DNA of 64,000 nucleotides from positions 1,280,001 to 1,344,000 of the forward strand of contig CBDFIJ010000004.1 of NCBI GenBank assembly GCA_965248055.1, in the 5' to 3' direction. The position numbers were made by a program, and so were the translations under genes. Shown here one piece after another: positions 37,601 through 46,991 of the stretch. Source of the DNA: Candidatus Multivoradales bacterium (GTDB lineage Bacteria > Acidobacteriota > Thermoanaerobaculia > Multivoradales > JAHEKO01). Within the stretch, counting starts at the first letter, position 1; each line of letters opens with the position of its first letter. The notes beneath the pieces are model-generated. The model saw only the letters and a program-made list of their open reading frames with translations, was not told the origin of the DNA and did not search any database.

Positions 37601-38986
37601 TTAGTCTGTACGCCTATCGTTTTCGAAACCGACAATACTATTATTGCGTCCAGGCTCAACAATCTTCAAAAACGAACCTCCCCGTATCGCATCCAGGGAT
37701 AAGCCGGTCCGCTCCACCGCATCGGTCTCACTAATCGCACCGCAGTTGACCGCCCGCAAGAAGTAATTGAGCAAGCCTTGACCGGTGGCAGCGTCGTCGA
37801 AGACGTCTCCTACCAGGGTTGCCTGAGCCGCTTTGCCGACGAAGTTGCTCAGGCGCTCGGCGGCAGCGTCCAGACCCTCGAAAAAAAAGCCGTAGACCGC
37901 AGCGTAGCGGGTTGGCAGCTGTGCCGGGTGGAGATCCCAGCCTTGGTAGTAGGCGCGCTCTAGAGAGTGCCGGACGTGATGGTAGTGCAGACGCCAGGCG
38001 TCGTGGACCGATTCTCGATTTTCGTTTTCTTCCACAGCAGACAGAGCGGGGCCGTCAGCGGTTGCGCGATGGGGCGCCACCGGCAGTACGTTGGTGGCAC
38101 CGTCGCTGAGCCAGATCCCAGTGCTGCCCAAGGCCACTTGCATCACGTCACGGGCGAAATCGCAGGCCGGATGGGTCATGTGCTGGTAAGCCGCGGTGAT
38201 GTCGCACGAAGCGGTGTAGTCATAGGTGCCGAAGTGGGTTGCGGTACAACGGCCTGCGCCAGCGGCAATCAGATCGGGAAGCGCAATGCGACCGCTGGCG
38301 TCAAAAATAGATTGGGTAGTTTCGATCATCATCTCGAAACGCAGCGGCTGGTTCAGAGAAAGCTTGGACTCCAGTCGGCCCAAGAGCCCGGCAAAGACTT
38401 CAACCTGGGCCGGGCTGGTGATCTTGGGCAGAGTAACGACGAATCGCTCCGGAAGATTGCCCCCGGTCGCCTGGGCCACGGTTGAGATAAAGAGGTCGAG
38501 GGTGCGCAGGCTTCGCGCCTTCAACTCTTCGCTCAACGGCTTGACCCGAATACCCAGGAACGGCGGCAAGGCTCCCTCTTGCATTCCGGCCACGGTTTCC
38601 AACGCGGTGCGTTCGGCATCCGCGTCCTCTTCTGCGTCGGGGCGGTTGCCGTAACCGTCCTCAAAATCGATGCGGAAATCTTCAACCGGTTCGCGGCTCA
38701 ACTTGTCGCGGACCCGGTCGTAGACCGGCTCTGCCAGCTGCTCGTCCAACCCGATCGCATTAGCAAAGGTTGCCGCGTCGGGGCCATATTGATCGAGTGC
38801 GGCTCGTGCCAAAGATCCCAGCCTGGTAGCGGTGTTGCGCTTGAAGATCTGTGCCCCACCGTAGACCGTGTGTACCGGTTGGCGGCGACCGTCATCACCG
38901 GGATAGATGCGGGCGACCTCGGCGTTGGCCTTAGCCAGTTGTTCCAACAAGGGAGCGAGAACTTCGTCGGTCAAAGTTGGATTCAT
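37601..38986 (-). CDS. Malate synthase/CitE-like (HpcH/HpaI aldolase-citrate lyase superfamily) enzyme
   Basis: RQPVHTVYGGA, EDFRIDFEDGYG, TLPK, EMMIET, HFGTYDY, SDGATNVLP, QGWDLHPAQL. Confidence 0.75.
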   Translation of the reverse strand: MNPTLTDEVLAPLLEQLAKANAEVARIYPGDDGRRQPVHTVYGGAQIFKRNTATRLGSLARAALDQYGPDAATFANAIGLDEQLAEPVYDRVRDKLSREPVEDFRIDFEDGYGNRPDAEEDADAERTALETVAGMQEGALPPFLGIRVKPLSEELKARSLRTLDLFISTVAQATGGNLPERFVVTLPKITSPAQVEVFAGLLGRLESKLSLNQPLRFEMMIETTQSIFDASGRIALPDLIAAGAGRCTATHFGTYDYTASCDITAAYQHMTHPACDFARDVMQVALGSTGIWLSDGATNVLPVAPHRATADGPALSAVEENENRESVHDAWRLHYHHVRHSLERAYYQGWDLHPAQLPTRYAAVYGFFFEGLDAAAERLSNFVGKAAQATLVGDVFDDAATGQGLLNYFLRAVNCGAISETDAVERTGLSLDAIRGGSFLKIVEPGRNNSIVGFENDRRTD

Positions 38987-38993
38987 GAATTTC

Positions 38994-39857
38994 TCAGCTC
39001 TGTGGTGATCCCGGTTCAGCAGCTAACTCGAGGGTCAACCGGCGGACTACCCGTTGCAATGCGAAGCGGCGATATTCCGCGGTAGAGCGAACATCGTCGA
39101 TCGGTTGCACGGCATCTGCCGCTAGACGACCGGCCAGATCGGCGGTCTCTGGTTCGGCAAGCAGGCCGGAAATACTCTGCTCGACCGAGGTCAGCCGCAG
39201 CGGCACCGCCGCGACACTGCCAGCGGCCAGGCGAAAGTCATGGAATCGACCCTGCTCGACCCTTGCCACGACGCACACCACCACTTTGCTGATCGCCTGC
39301 GCCGCGCGGGTACCCACCTTGCGGAAGGCTTGGCGAGTGCCGGGCGCGAGAATCGGCAAATGCAAGGCGACCAAGAGTTCCCCGGGCCGCAAGACAGTCT
39401 GTCGATAGCCGGTGGTGAAATCTGCGTAGGCCACTCGCCGTTCGCCGTTTGCTCCGGCGATCACAGCTTCTGCGTCCAGGGCCAGTAGGACCGGCAACGA
39501 GTCTCCGGCCGGGCTGGCGTTGACCACATTGCCACCCACGGTTGCGCGATTTTGAATCTGCCAACCACCGATCTCGGAGGCGGCTTGTGCTAGCGCTGGA
39601 AAGTACTCTTGCACGACCGGTGCGCGGCGAATCTGCGAGAAGGTGGTGGTGGCACCGAGGGTAACCCCCTCGGAAGACTCGCGGATGCCACGCAATTCAG
39701 GAAGCGCCAAAAGATCAAGCACCGCCGGCAAGTCGGCGCGCACCTCGGGCTCAGAGACCATCAAATCGGTGCAACCGGCAACCGGTCGCAATTCGGGGTC
39801 GGCGCGCAGTAAGTCGATCGCCTCAGCCAGTGAGGAGGGAGTCGCAACGCGAGTCAC
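38994..39857 (-). CDS. Xanthine dehydrogenase family FAD subunit
   Basis: AGCTDL, IGGWQIQNRATVGGN..NASPAGD, PIDDVRSTAEYR; GTG at 39857. Confidence 0.9.
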   Translation of the reverse strand: MTRVATPSSLAEAIDLLRADPELRPVAGCTDLMVSEPEVRADLPAVLDLLALPELRGIRESSEGVTLGATTTFSQIRRAPVVQEYFPALAQAASEIGGWQIQNRATVGGNVVNASPAGDSLPVLLALDAEAVIAGANGERRVAYADFTTGYRQTVLRPGELLVALHLPILAPGTRQAFRKVGTRAAQAISKVVVCVVARVEQGRFHDFRLAAGSVAAVPLRLTSVEQSISGLLAEPETADLAGRLAADAVQPIDDVRSTAEYRRFALQRVVRRLTLELAAEPGSPQS

Positions 39858-40318
39858 GCTCCATCCTCTTCTGTCGGGTCGTCCACCAAGGCACGAAAGA
39901 TCCCCTCGTAGCCGGTGCAGCGGCACAGGTTGCCAGCCAGTGCTTCCTGGACTTCGGCCCGCGACGGTCGCTCTGACTCTTTGCGCATCGCCCAAGCGGT
40001 GACGATGATGCCCGGGGTGCAAGCACCACATTGCACGCCGCCGGTCTCGACAAAGCGATCGAGAAACTCTCCTGTTGGTCCCGCCGCCACTCCTTCGACT
40101 GTGGTGATCGATCGATCACGACACTGCATCAATGGAACCAAACAGGAGAGCACCGGCACGCCATCCATCAGAACCGTGCAGGCACCGCACTCTCCCTCGC
40201 CGCAGCCTTCTTTGGTACCGATCGCGTCAAACTCACGACGCACAATATCCAAGAGGCGATCCATCGGATGGCCCTCGACGGTAACCGCAGCCCCATTGAG
40301 TTCGAACGCAACTTTCAT
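39854..40318 (-). CDS. Xanthine dehydrogenase family 2Fe-2S subunit
   Basis: KEGCGEGECGACTV, QCGACTPG, GNLCRCTGY. Confidence 0.93.
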   Translation of the reverse strand: MKVAFELNGAAVTVEGHPMDRLLDIVRREFDAIGTKEGCGEGECGACTVLMDGVPVLSCLVPLMQCRDRSITTVEGVAAGPTGEFLDRFVETGGVQCGACTPGIIVTAWAMRKESERPSRAEVQEALAGNLCRCTGYEGIFRALVDDPTEEDGA

Positions 40319-42576
40319 CGGCTGGTTCCGTCAGGGGTTGATGAGGATGCGCTGAACAATCTTTCGGGGGTCGCTGGAATCTCATCGAGATAAATGCCAA
40401 CCGCGTTGTCAATTGCCGCCAGAGCAGCCGGTGCGCCACCGTCCATCGGCAGTTCGCCGATTCCCTTGGCGCCAAACGGGCCGCCGTCCCAAGGCCGCTC
40501 GAGCAACTCCACATCCAGAATTGGGGCATCTTTGAAAGTGGGAATGATGTAGGTCGCCAGGCGGTCATTGAGGTAGCGACCCTCCTGGACCTTGATCTCC
40601 TCCATCAATCCCCACGCCACGGCTTGCAGCACGCCGCCCTCGATCTGGCCGGTGCAAAGGGTCGGATGGATGGCTTTGCCGACCTCGCACACCGCCGTGA
40701 CCCGCTGAGGACAAACCTCCAAGGTGTCGGGATCCACTTCCACCTCGACCACATTGGCACCCCAGGCGTAGGTTGGGTAGGCGCTGCCCTGGTAGGTAGT
40801 TTCGTCGAAGTCCTGCTCGACCGGAGGCTGATGCCGGTGGGTCACTTCCAAGGGTCCGTGTTTTTGAAAGACCTCGGCTGCGATTTCACGGAAACTCGAA
40901 CGCAAGCCGTTGCCATCGCGTACCAAGCCGTCGCTGACAGTCAGTCCTTGAGCCGCTTGCTCCCCGGCCCAGGTGAGAAGTACTTTGTCGCGCAGCTTGC
41001 GACTCGCCTCGACCACCGCACCACCCACCACCATGGTGGTACGCGAAGCAACCGTAGGTCCAGAGTCAGGTACCTGGGCGGTGTCGGGCAAGGCAAAGCT
41101 CAGATCATCTTCGGCGAGTCCGGTGCCCGAACACGCCATCTGCGGGAAAATGGTCGAGCATCCCTGCCCCATATCGGTCATCGCCGTCTGCACCTCGATG
41201 CGGCCGTCGGCCAGCAGCCGGGTTCGCACCGGTGAGCGCATCCGTCGCTCGCCATTGCCGGTAAAGCCTGCACCGTGGAAAAACAGCGCCAAACCCAGAC
41301 CTACCTGGGGTTTACCATCGTCCAAATCCTTGCTCTGCGACTCGATCTCTTGCCAACGACGGCGAAAGTCGGTTTTGGCTGCGACCCGTTCTAAACACAG
41401 GCGGGCGGAAGTGGTCTCATCCAGCACTTGACCGGTGGGCAAGGTGTCCCCGGCTTCCAGCGCGTTGCGCAATCGAATCTCCAGCGGGTCCACCCCCAGC
41501 TGGCGAGCGATGCGGTCCATGTGCCGTTCCATCGCAAACTGGGTTTGCGGCGCACCAAAGCCACGAAAGGCACCGTTGGCCGGGGTGTTAGTGCGTAGTG
41601 CCCGCCCGGAGATCCGCACCCGTGGACAGCGGTAGGCGCCAGCAGCGTGAAGCAGAGCGCGGGAAAGAACCACGGTGGACAAGGTTTCGTAAGCGCCACC
41701 GTCCATGGTGACGTCAATGTCCATCGCCAGCAGGGCCCCTTGGTCGTCGACCGCGGTGCGGTGTCGCACCACCGCCGGATGGCGTTTGGTGGTACCGATG
41801 ATGTCCTCGTGGCGGTCGTAGACCATGCGCACTGGACGACCGCTGGCCTGTGCCAGTAGCGCTGCATGGATTGCGATCATGCTCGGAAAATCTTCCTTGC
41901 CACCAAAGCCGCCGCCAACCGCCGACGCCTGCACCCGCACTTGGGCCTCTTCGAGACCAAAGGCGTGGGTCAATGATTTGTGCACGTAGTACGGACACTG
42001 CATGGTACCGACGACGTTCAGCACCTCGCCGTCGAACCACGCGGTAACCCCCTGGCACTCGATGTAAATATGCTCCTGTAGGCCGGTGCTATAAGTACCC
42101 TCGATGACCCGGTCGGCAGTTTCTAGGATGCTCTCAACCGTGGAATCACCAAACCCCAGCGCACAGATCGGCTGGTGTTTGGCGGCCTCGGCCAAGTCCA
42201 AAACCGCTGACAGTTGGGTGAGGTCCACTTCTACCAACCGTCGCGCGCGTTGTGCTTCCAGAGGCGTCGATCCAGAAACCAACACCAGCGGCTCGCCAAC
42301 GTGACAGGTCTCGCGTTTAGCCAGAATCGGCCAATCGTCAGTAATTAGCTTGACCCCGTTGATCCCCGGTAAATCGGCGGCAGTGATGAAAACGGTTTCC
42401 GCCCGCGCCTGGTCTCGGTTGATCCGGATCTCGTCGATCTGGGCGTGAGCATGCGGACTGCGTACCGTGGCGCCATAGACAAGATTGTCAAAGACCAGAT
42501 CGTCGGCGTAACGGGTTGCCCCACTGACTTTGGCAAGACCGTCGGGGCGTGGGGGGCTTTGTCCGATCAAACTCAT
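40315..42576 (-). CDS. Xanthine dehydrogenase family molybdopterin subunit
   Basis: GGGFGGKED, AFRGFGAPQ, DMGQG, TVASR, GQIEGG, AKGIGE; ATG at 42576. Confidence 0.92.
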   Translation of the reverse strand: MSLIGQSPPRPDGLAKVSGATRYADDLVFDNLVYGATVRSPHAHAQIDEIRINRDQARAETVFITAADLPGINGVKLITDDWPILAKRETCHVGEPLVLVSGSTPLEAQRARRLVEVDLTQLSAVLDLAEAAKHQPICALGFGDSTVESILETADRVIEGTYSTGLQEHIYIECQGVTAWFDGEVLNVVGTMQCPYYVHKSLTHAFGLEEAQVRVQASAVGGGFGGKEDFPSMIAIHAALLAQASGRPVRMVYDRHEDIIGTTKRHPAVVRHRTAVDDQGALLAMDIDVTMDGGAYETLSTVVLSRALLHAAGAYRCPRVRISGRALRTNTPANGAFRGFGAPQTQFAMERHMDRIARQLGVDPLEIRLRNALEAGDTLPTGQVLDETTSARLCLERVAAKTDFRRRWQEIESQSKDLDDGKPQVGLGLALFFHGAGFTGNGERRMRSPVRTRLLADGRIEVQTAMTDMGQGCSTIFPQMACSGTGLAEDDLSFALPDTAQVPDSGPTVASRTTMVVGGAVVEASRKLRDKVLLTWAGEQAAQGLTVSDGLVRDGNGLRSSFREIAAEVFQKHGPLEVTHRHQPPVEQDFDETTYQGSAYPTYAWGANVVEVEVDPDTLEVCPQRVTAVCEVGKAIHPTLCTGQIEGGVLQAVAWGLMEEIKVQEGRYLNDRLATYIIPTFKDAPILDVELLERPWDGGPFGAKGIGELPMDGGAPAALAAIDNAVGIYLDEIPATPERLFSASSSTPDGTSR

Positions 42577-42701
42577 CGACCGCGGCAGTGTGCAGCAAAC
42601 AGCGCCTGTGGTGCAAGCCAAACCCGCGCCCAGCTCGGCGCAGTAGACTCATGCTTTCGACGCGACTTGCGGTGAGCGTCGAGACCTCGCGGAGGTGATT
42701 T

Positions 42702-43511
42702 ATGGATTTCGCATTCAAAGAGTGGCTACATCTCCTGATCCGCTGGTTTCACGTGGTGGTCGGGATTATGTGGATCGGCCAAACCTATCTGTTCAGCTGG
42801 ATGGACAGTCACTTGGAGGAAGTAGACGACGAAGACCTGGAGGGCCGGCTGTGGATGATCCACAGCGGCGGTTTCTATCGGGTCGAAAAACAAAAGTTAG
42901 CCCCGAGCAAGATGCCGGCAGTGCTGCACTGGTTCAAGTGGGAGGCCGGGCTGACCTGGATCAGCGGTTTTCTGCTGCTGTGGGTGGTCTATTACACCGG
43001 CGGAGTGCTGGTCGAATACGGTTCTGACACCAGTGTCGCCGCGGCGACCGCGATCGGCATTGGCACTCTGGTGGGCGGATGGATTGTCTACGACGCTTTC
43101 TGGATGTCCCCCCTGGGTCGGCGCGAGGGGCTAGGGATGGTGCTGTGTTTCTTGCTGGTAGTCGCCATCGCCTGGGGTTTGACGCAGATATTGAGTGGCA
43201 GGGCGGCCTACATTCACGTCGGCGGACTGTTTGGCACCATCATGGCAGCCAATGTATGGCTGCGGATCCTCCCTGGGCAGCGACAACTGGTCGCTGCCGC
43301 CGAAGCCGGAACGCCTCCGGACGCCACTTTGGCTAAGCGAGCGACCCAGCGCTCCAAACACAACGGTTTTATGTCGGTACCACTGATCTTCATCATGATC
43401 AGCAGCCATTTTCCCACCGCTTCTTACGGCCACAAATACAACTGGGCGATGCTGGGGGTGTTTGTCCTGCTGGGCTGGCTGGGGCGAAAATTGATGACCA
43501 CGGTTCGTTAG
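42702..43511 (+). CDS. puuD: Membrane urate hydroxylase PuuD (membrane domain only)
   Basis: RWFHVVVGIMWIG, W.IHSGGFY, LHWFKWEA..TWISG, GTIMAANV..RI.PGQ, RSKHN, MISSHFP. Confidence 0.88.
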   Translation: MDFAFKEWLHLLIRWFHVVVGIMWIGQTYLFSWMDSHLEEVDDEDLEGRLWMIHSGGFYRVEKQKLAPSKMPAVLHWFKWEAGLTWISGFLLLWVVYYTGGVLVEYGSDTSVAAATAIGIGTLVGGWIVYDAFWMSPLGRREGLGMVLCFLLVVAIAWGLTQILSGRAAYIHVGGLFGTIMAANVWLRILPGQRQLVAAAEAGTPPDATLAKRATQRSKHNGFMSVPLIFIMISSHFPTASYGHKYNWAMLGVFVLLGWLGRKLMTTVR

Positions 43512-43585
43512 CCTGGGGATCTCGCTAGCCCAGGTATTTTGACGACCGGCGACTCTTGGCTAGGGTCAGCCAAGTCGAACCAGCG

Positions 43586-44467
43586 TCAGCGATGCACGCT
43601 GGCGCGAATAAACCGCGAAATGGTCCACAGATAGCGCAGTCCGCCAAAGCGGTGGATCTCGTTATGCCCCGCGTTGGGCACTACCAACAATTTCTTCGGC
43701 TGTTGGGCACTCTCAAACAATCGTTCGCTGTACGCAAGCGGCAGGACGTCATCTGAGTCCCCATGGATGAATAGTTTTGGGATCTCCAACCGACCGATCT
43801 TTTCCACACTGCAAAATTGCTTGCGCGCCGCGTAGTGGAACGGCATCCCGGCAAACGAACTCTTCACCGCGTCAGGAAGATCGGTAAAAGTCGATTGAAT
43901 CACCATGGCAGCAACCGGGCAGTCGAGCGCCGCATCGATGGCGATCGCCCCTCCCAGAGAGTGACCAAAAAGCACAATCTCTTGTGGTTCTTGGTTCAAG
44001 CCCTCGACCAGTTCTCGATAGGCCGCGCGGACATCGAGATACAAGCCCTGCTCGCTGGGGACACCGCTACTGCGGCCGTAGCCACGGTAGTCGAAGACAA
44101 AGACGTTGACTCTCAGGCGTTTGAAATAACGCAGTGCTGACAACTGCTGAGCAATATTGCCGGAATTGCCGTGGCAGAATAAAACCGTTGCAATCGGCCT
44201 GCGATGGGGGATCCACCACCCGTGCAGGTCGACACCATCGTCCGATCGAAACCAAATATCGCGAACGTGAATCCCCACTTCTTCCGGGTTCCAAAGGCCA
44301 GCGGGGTACTTTTCCGGTCGAAAAATCAGCTTCTTGTGCGCCAGTGACCTCAACGCATGAAGCGCGCCCACGCCTCCCACGGCAACCGCAGACGGAACCG
44401 CGAGCGAACGCATCCAGCTGCGCTTGCGCCGCTTGTCTTTTCGCTGTTTGGAACGTTTTTGGACCAT
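43586..44467 (-). CDS. Alpha/beta hydrolase (ABHD12/13-like)
   Basis: HGNSGN, DYRGYGRS.G.PSE.G, GHSLGG, HGDSD, GHN. Confidence 0.85.
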   Translation of the reverse strand: MVQKRSKQRKDKRRKRSWMRSLAVPSAVAVGGVGALHALRSLAHKKLIFRPEKYPAGLWNPEEVGIHVRDIWFRSDDGVDLHGWWIPHRRPIATVLFCHGNSGNIAQQLSALRYFKRLRVNVFVFDYRGYGRSSGVPSEQGLYLDVRAAYRELVEGLNQEPQEIVLFGHSLGGAIAIDAALDCPVAAMVIQSTFTDLPDAVKSSFAGMPFHYAARKQFCSVEKIGRLEIPKLFIHGDSDDVLPLAYSERLFESAQQPKKLLVVPNAGHNEIHRFGGLRYLWTISRFIRASVHR

Positions 44468-44539
44468 CTTCCCTCTCACCGACCCGGCCTCTGCAACTCG
44501 CTTTCTAACAGCGCGGACCCGGTGCTTTACAATAGGAGT

Positions 44540-45046
44540 ATGCAACTTCCACGCCCTACGGCACTGATGATAGCGGCGTTGATTCTTTTCACCGGGCACT
44601 CAGCCGTCTGGCAACCAGCTGCCACAGCCCAGACCCAAGATACTCCGCCGATCCAGGTCGAAAAGGTCGAGGTGACACCAAAAAATGCTGGGGCGGAAAC
44701 TCTGTGTCAGCTTTGGGTGACGATCCGCAACAACGGGTCGCACTACGCCAGCGCGTTTGAATTTGAGGTCCAGGTCGCCAGCCATCAACTTCCGGTCTAC
44801 GGCAACCACAGTTTCCTGACCGCCGTGGCGCCAGGGGAGTCCAAACGCTTGAGGCTGTTTAACTTCTGGACCAACGAAACAGGTCGACCCTACCCTGGTT
44901 CGGGCAGCCTCGAAGTCTCGGTCAGTCTGCAGCAAGCGAGCTGGTGGACCCTGTCGGAACAAAATGAACAGACCACCTGGACCTTCGTCAGCGATATCGA
45001 ACAAGCATCGCAGGTTGCCACGGTAACCGTGCAACGTCCTTCATAG
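44540..45046 (+). CDS. Secreted hypothetical protein (CARDB/Ig-like)
   Basis: AGGAG RBS, signal peptide, VTIRNNG, VAPGESK. Confidence 0.6.
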   Translation: MQLPRPTALMIAALILFTGHSAVWQPAATAQTQDTPPIQVEKVEVTPKNAGAETLCQLWVTIRNNGSHYASAFEFEVQVASHQLPVYGNHSFLTAVAPGESKRLRLFNFWTNETGRPYPGSGSLEVSVSLQQASWWTLSEQNEQTTWTFVSDIEQASQVATVTVQRPS

Positions 45047-45110
45047 AACCCCCTCCACTGCTAGCATTCATCGGCAGCCCTGAATCCTGGGTTGATCGAG
45101 ACCTCGCGCC

Positions 45111-46886
45111 ATGACCATCCAGATTTTTCTCCTCCTCGCAATCGTCGTTTTCATGATCATTGCGTTTGCCCGCGAGTGGTTGCCGGTGGATTTGGTGGCA
45201 CTGATCAGCCTAGCGCTACTGTTGCTATTCGGCATCATCAACCCCGAGGAGGCGATCTCTGGGTTTAGCAACCCTGCGGTGATCACCATCCTGATGATGT
45301 TCATCCTCAGTCAAGCATTGGTGCAGAGCGGCGCGATTTCCAAACTGGGCCATCAAATCGCCACCATGACCGGACAGTCGCAGCAAACCGCGTCGATTGT
45401 GCTGTTGATCGTGGTGGGAATTCTGTCGGCGTTTATCAATAATACGGTGGCGGTAGCAGTCTTCTTGCCGGTGGCGGTTCACCTGGCGCACCACTTTCGT
45501 TTCAGCCCTTCGAAGATCCTGATGCCGTTGTCGTTTGCCGCGATCATGGGCGGAACGGCCACCCTAATCGGCACCTCGACCAACCTGTTGGTGAAGGCGA
45601 TTGCGGAAGACAACGGCGTCACCGAAATCACCGTGTTCGAATTCATGACCCTGGGTGGAGTGCTGTTCGTGGTTGGCACGATCTACAACATCTTGGTGCC
45701 GATGCGTTATTTACCGGACCGCGAGACCTCCAGCTTGACTCGCAAGTATCAGCTGACCGACTACCTCACCGAGTTGAAGATTCCGGAGAATTCGTCGCTG
45801 GTGGGACGCACAGTTCTGCAAGAGCAAATTGCCGAGCGTTTCCGTCTGACGGTTTTGGAGATCCTTCGCGGCGAACAAAAAATCGCGGAGAACCTGCGCA
45901 ACACGCCTCTGCAAGCCGACGACATCTTGATCGTCGAAGGGTCGGTGGAAGACATCGTTTCGTTTCGTGAGCAAAAAAGCCTATTGCTGCTGACCGACGT
46001 CAAACTGGACGACGCCGAGCTCTCCGACCGCAACACCATATTGGTGGAATTGCAACTTTCGCCAACCTCTTCGCTGGTTGGATCAACGCTCAAAGAGATC
46101 GATTTTCGTCGCTCGTTCGGCTGCTTTGTCCTGGCCCTGGGGCGAACCGGCGAAACCATTCGTAAGAAACTGGGCAAGATTCACCTCAAGCAGTGGGACA
46201 CACTGTTGGTGTTTGGCCCCCGTACTCGCATTGAGGCGCTGTACCAGAAAGCGGACTTCGTCCCGCTCGGTGAACTGGATATCCCGATCCGACTGGCGCC
46301 CTACTGGTGGATCGATGTGGCGATAATCCCGGCCGTAGTCTTGGTCGCAGCACTGGGTTGGATGTCAATCCTCAAGGCTGCACTGCTCGGTGCGGTGGCC
46401 GTGCTGGCGATGCGGCGGTTAACCACCCGCCAGGCCTACAAAGGAATCGACTGGTCGGTGATCTTCTTGCTCGCGGCGACTGTCCCTCTGGGGATCGCAA
46501 TGAAAAACACCGGCCTGGCAGACATCATCGGAGCCAGCCTTTCGCAAGTCGGCGAGCAGGTGGGCCCCACTTTGTTGTTGGCAATCCTGTTTGGCGCGAC
46601 GTCGATCTTGACTTCGTTTTTCTCCAACAATGCAACTGCAATCTTGATGGTGGCAATCGCCATTTCCACTGCCGGCAAACTGGGCATCGATCCCAAGCCG
46701 TTGGTGATGGCGGTTGCCTACGCCGCATCGACCTGCTTCATGACCCCGGTCGGTTATCAGACCAACGCCATGGTCTTAACCCCAGGCAACTATCGCTTCT
46801 TCGACTTCGTTAAGTTCGGAATACCCTTAAACGTATTGTTCTTGATCATTTCGACACTGCTGATTCCGATTCTGTGGCCCTTCTAA
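45111..46886 (+). CDS. SLC13/DASS-family permease with TrkA-C domains
   Basis: SAFINNT, GGTATLIGTSTNL, two TrkA-C repeats, SNNAT, TPVGYQTN. Confidence 0.9.
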   Translation: MTIQIFLLLAIVVFMIIAFAREWLPVDLVALISLALLLLFGIINPEEAISGFSNPAVITILMMFILSQALVQSGAISKLGHQIATMTGQSQQTASIVLLIVVGILSAFINNTVAVAVFLPVAVHLAHHFRFSPSKILMPLSFAAIMGGTATLIGTSTNLLVKAIAEDNGVTEITVFEFMTLGGVLFVVGTIYNILVPMRYLPDRETSSLTRKYQLTDYLTELKIPENSSLVGRTVLQEQIAERFRLTVLEILRGEQKIAENLRNTPLQADDILIVEGSVEDIVSFREQKSLLLLTDVKLDDAELSDRNTILVELQLSPTSSLVGSTLKEIDFRRSFGCFVLALGRTGETIRKKLGKIHLKQWDTLLVFGPRTRIEALYQKADFVPLGELDIPIRLAPYWWIDVAIIPAVVLVAALGWMSILKAALLGAVAVLAMRRLTTRQAYKGIDWSVIFLLAATVPLGIAMKNTGLADIIGASLSQVGEQVGPTLLLAILFGATSILTSFFSNNATAILMVAIAISTAGKLGIDPKPLVMAVAYAASTCFMTPVGYQTNAMVLTPGNYRFFDFVKFGIPLNVLFLIISTLLIPILWPF

Positions 46887-46991
46887 GCGCTTTGTCGATA
46901 CTCGCGGTCGTTGGATCACGGGCCTACGACGAAAAAGTTCTCAGTGCATTTTTCGGTTGCTGAGATCTTCGCAATCCCCAATTATTGATCC

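Noticed and set aside
46934-46975. Ada box or operator palindrome upstream of ada
   Set aside because: Only a weak inverted repeat (ctcag/ctgag); no convincing consensus match.
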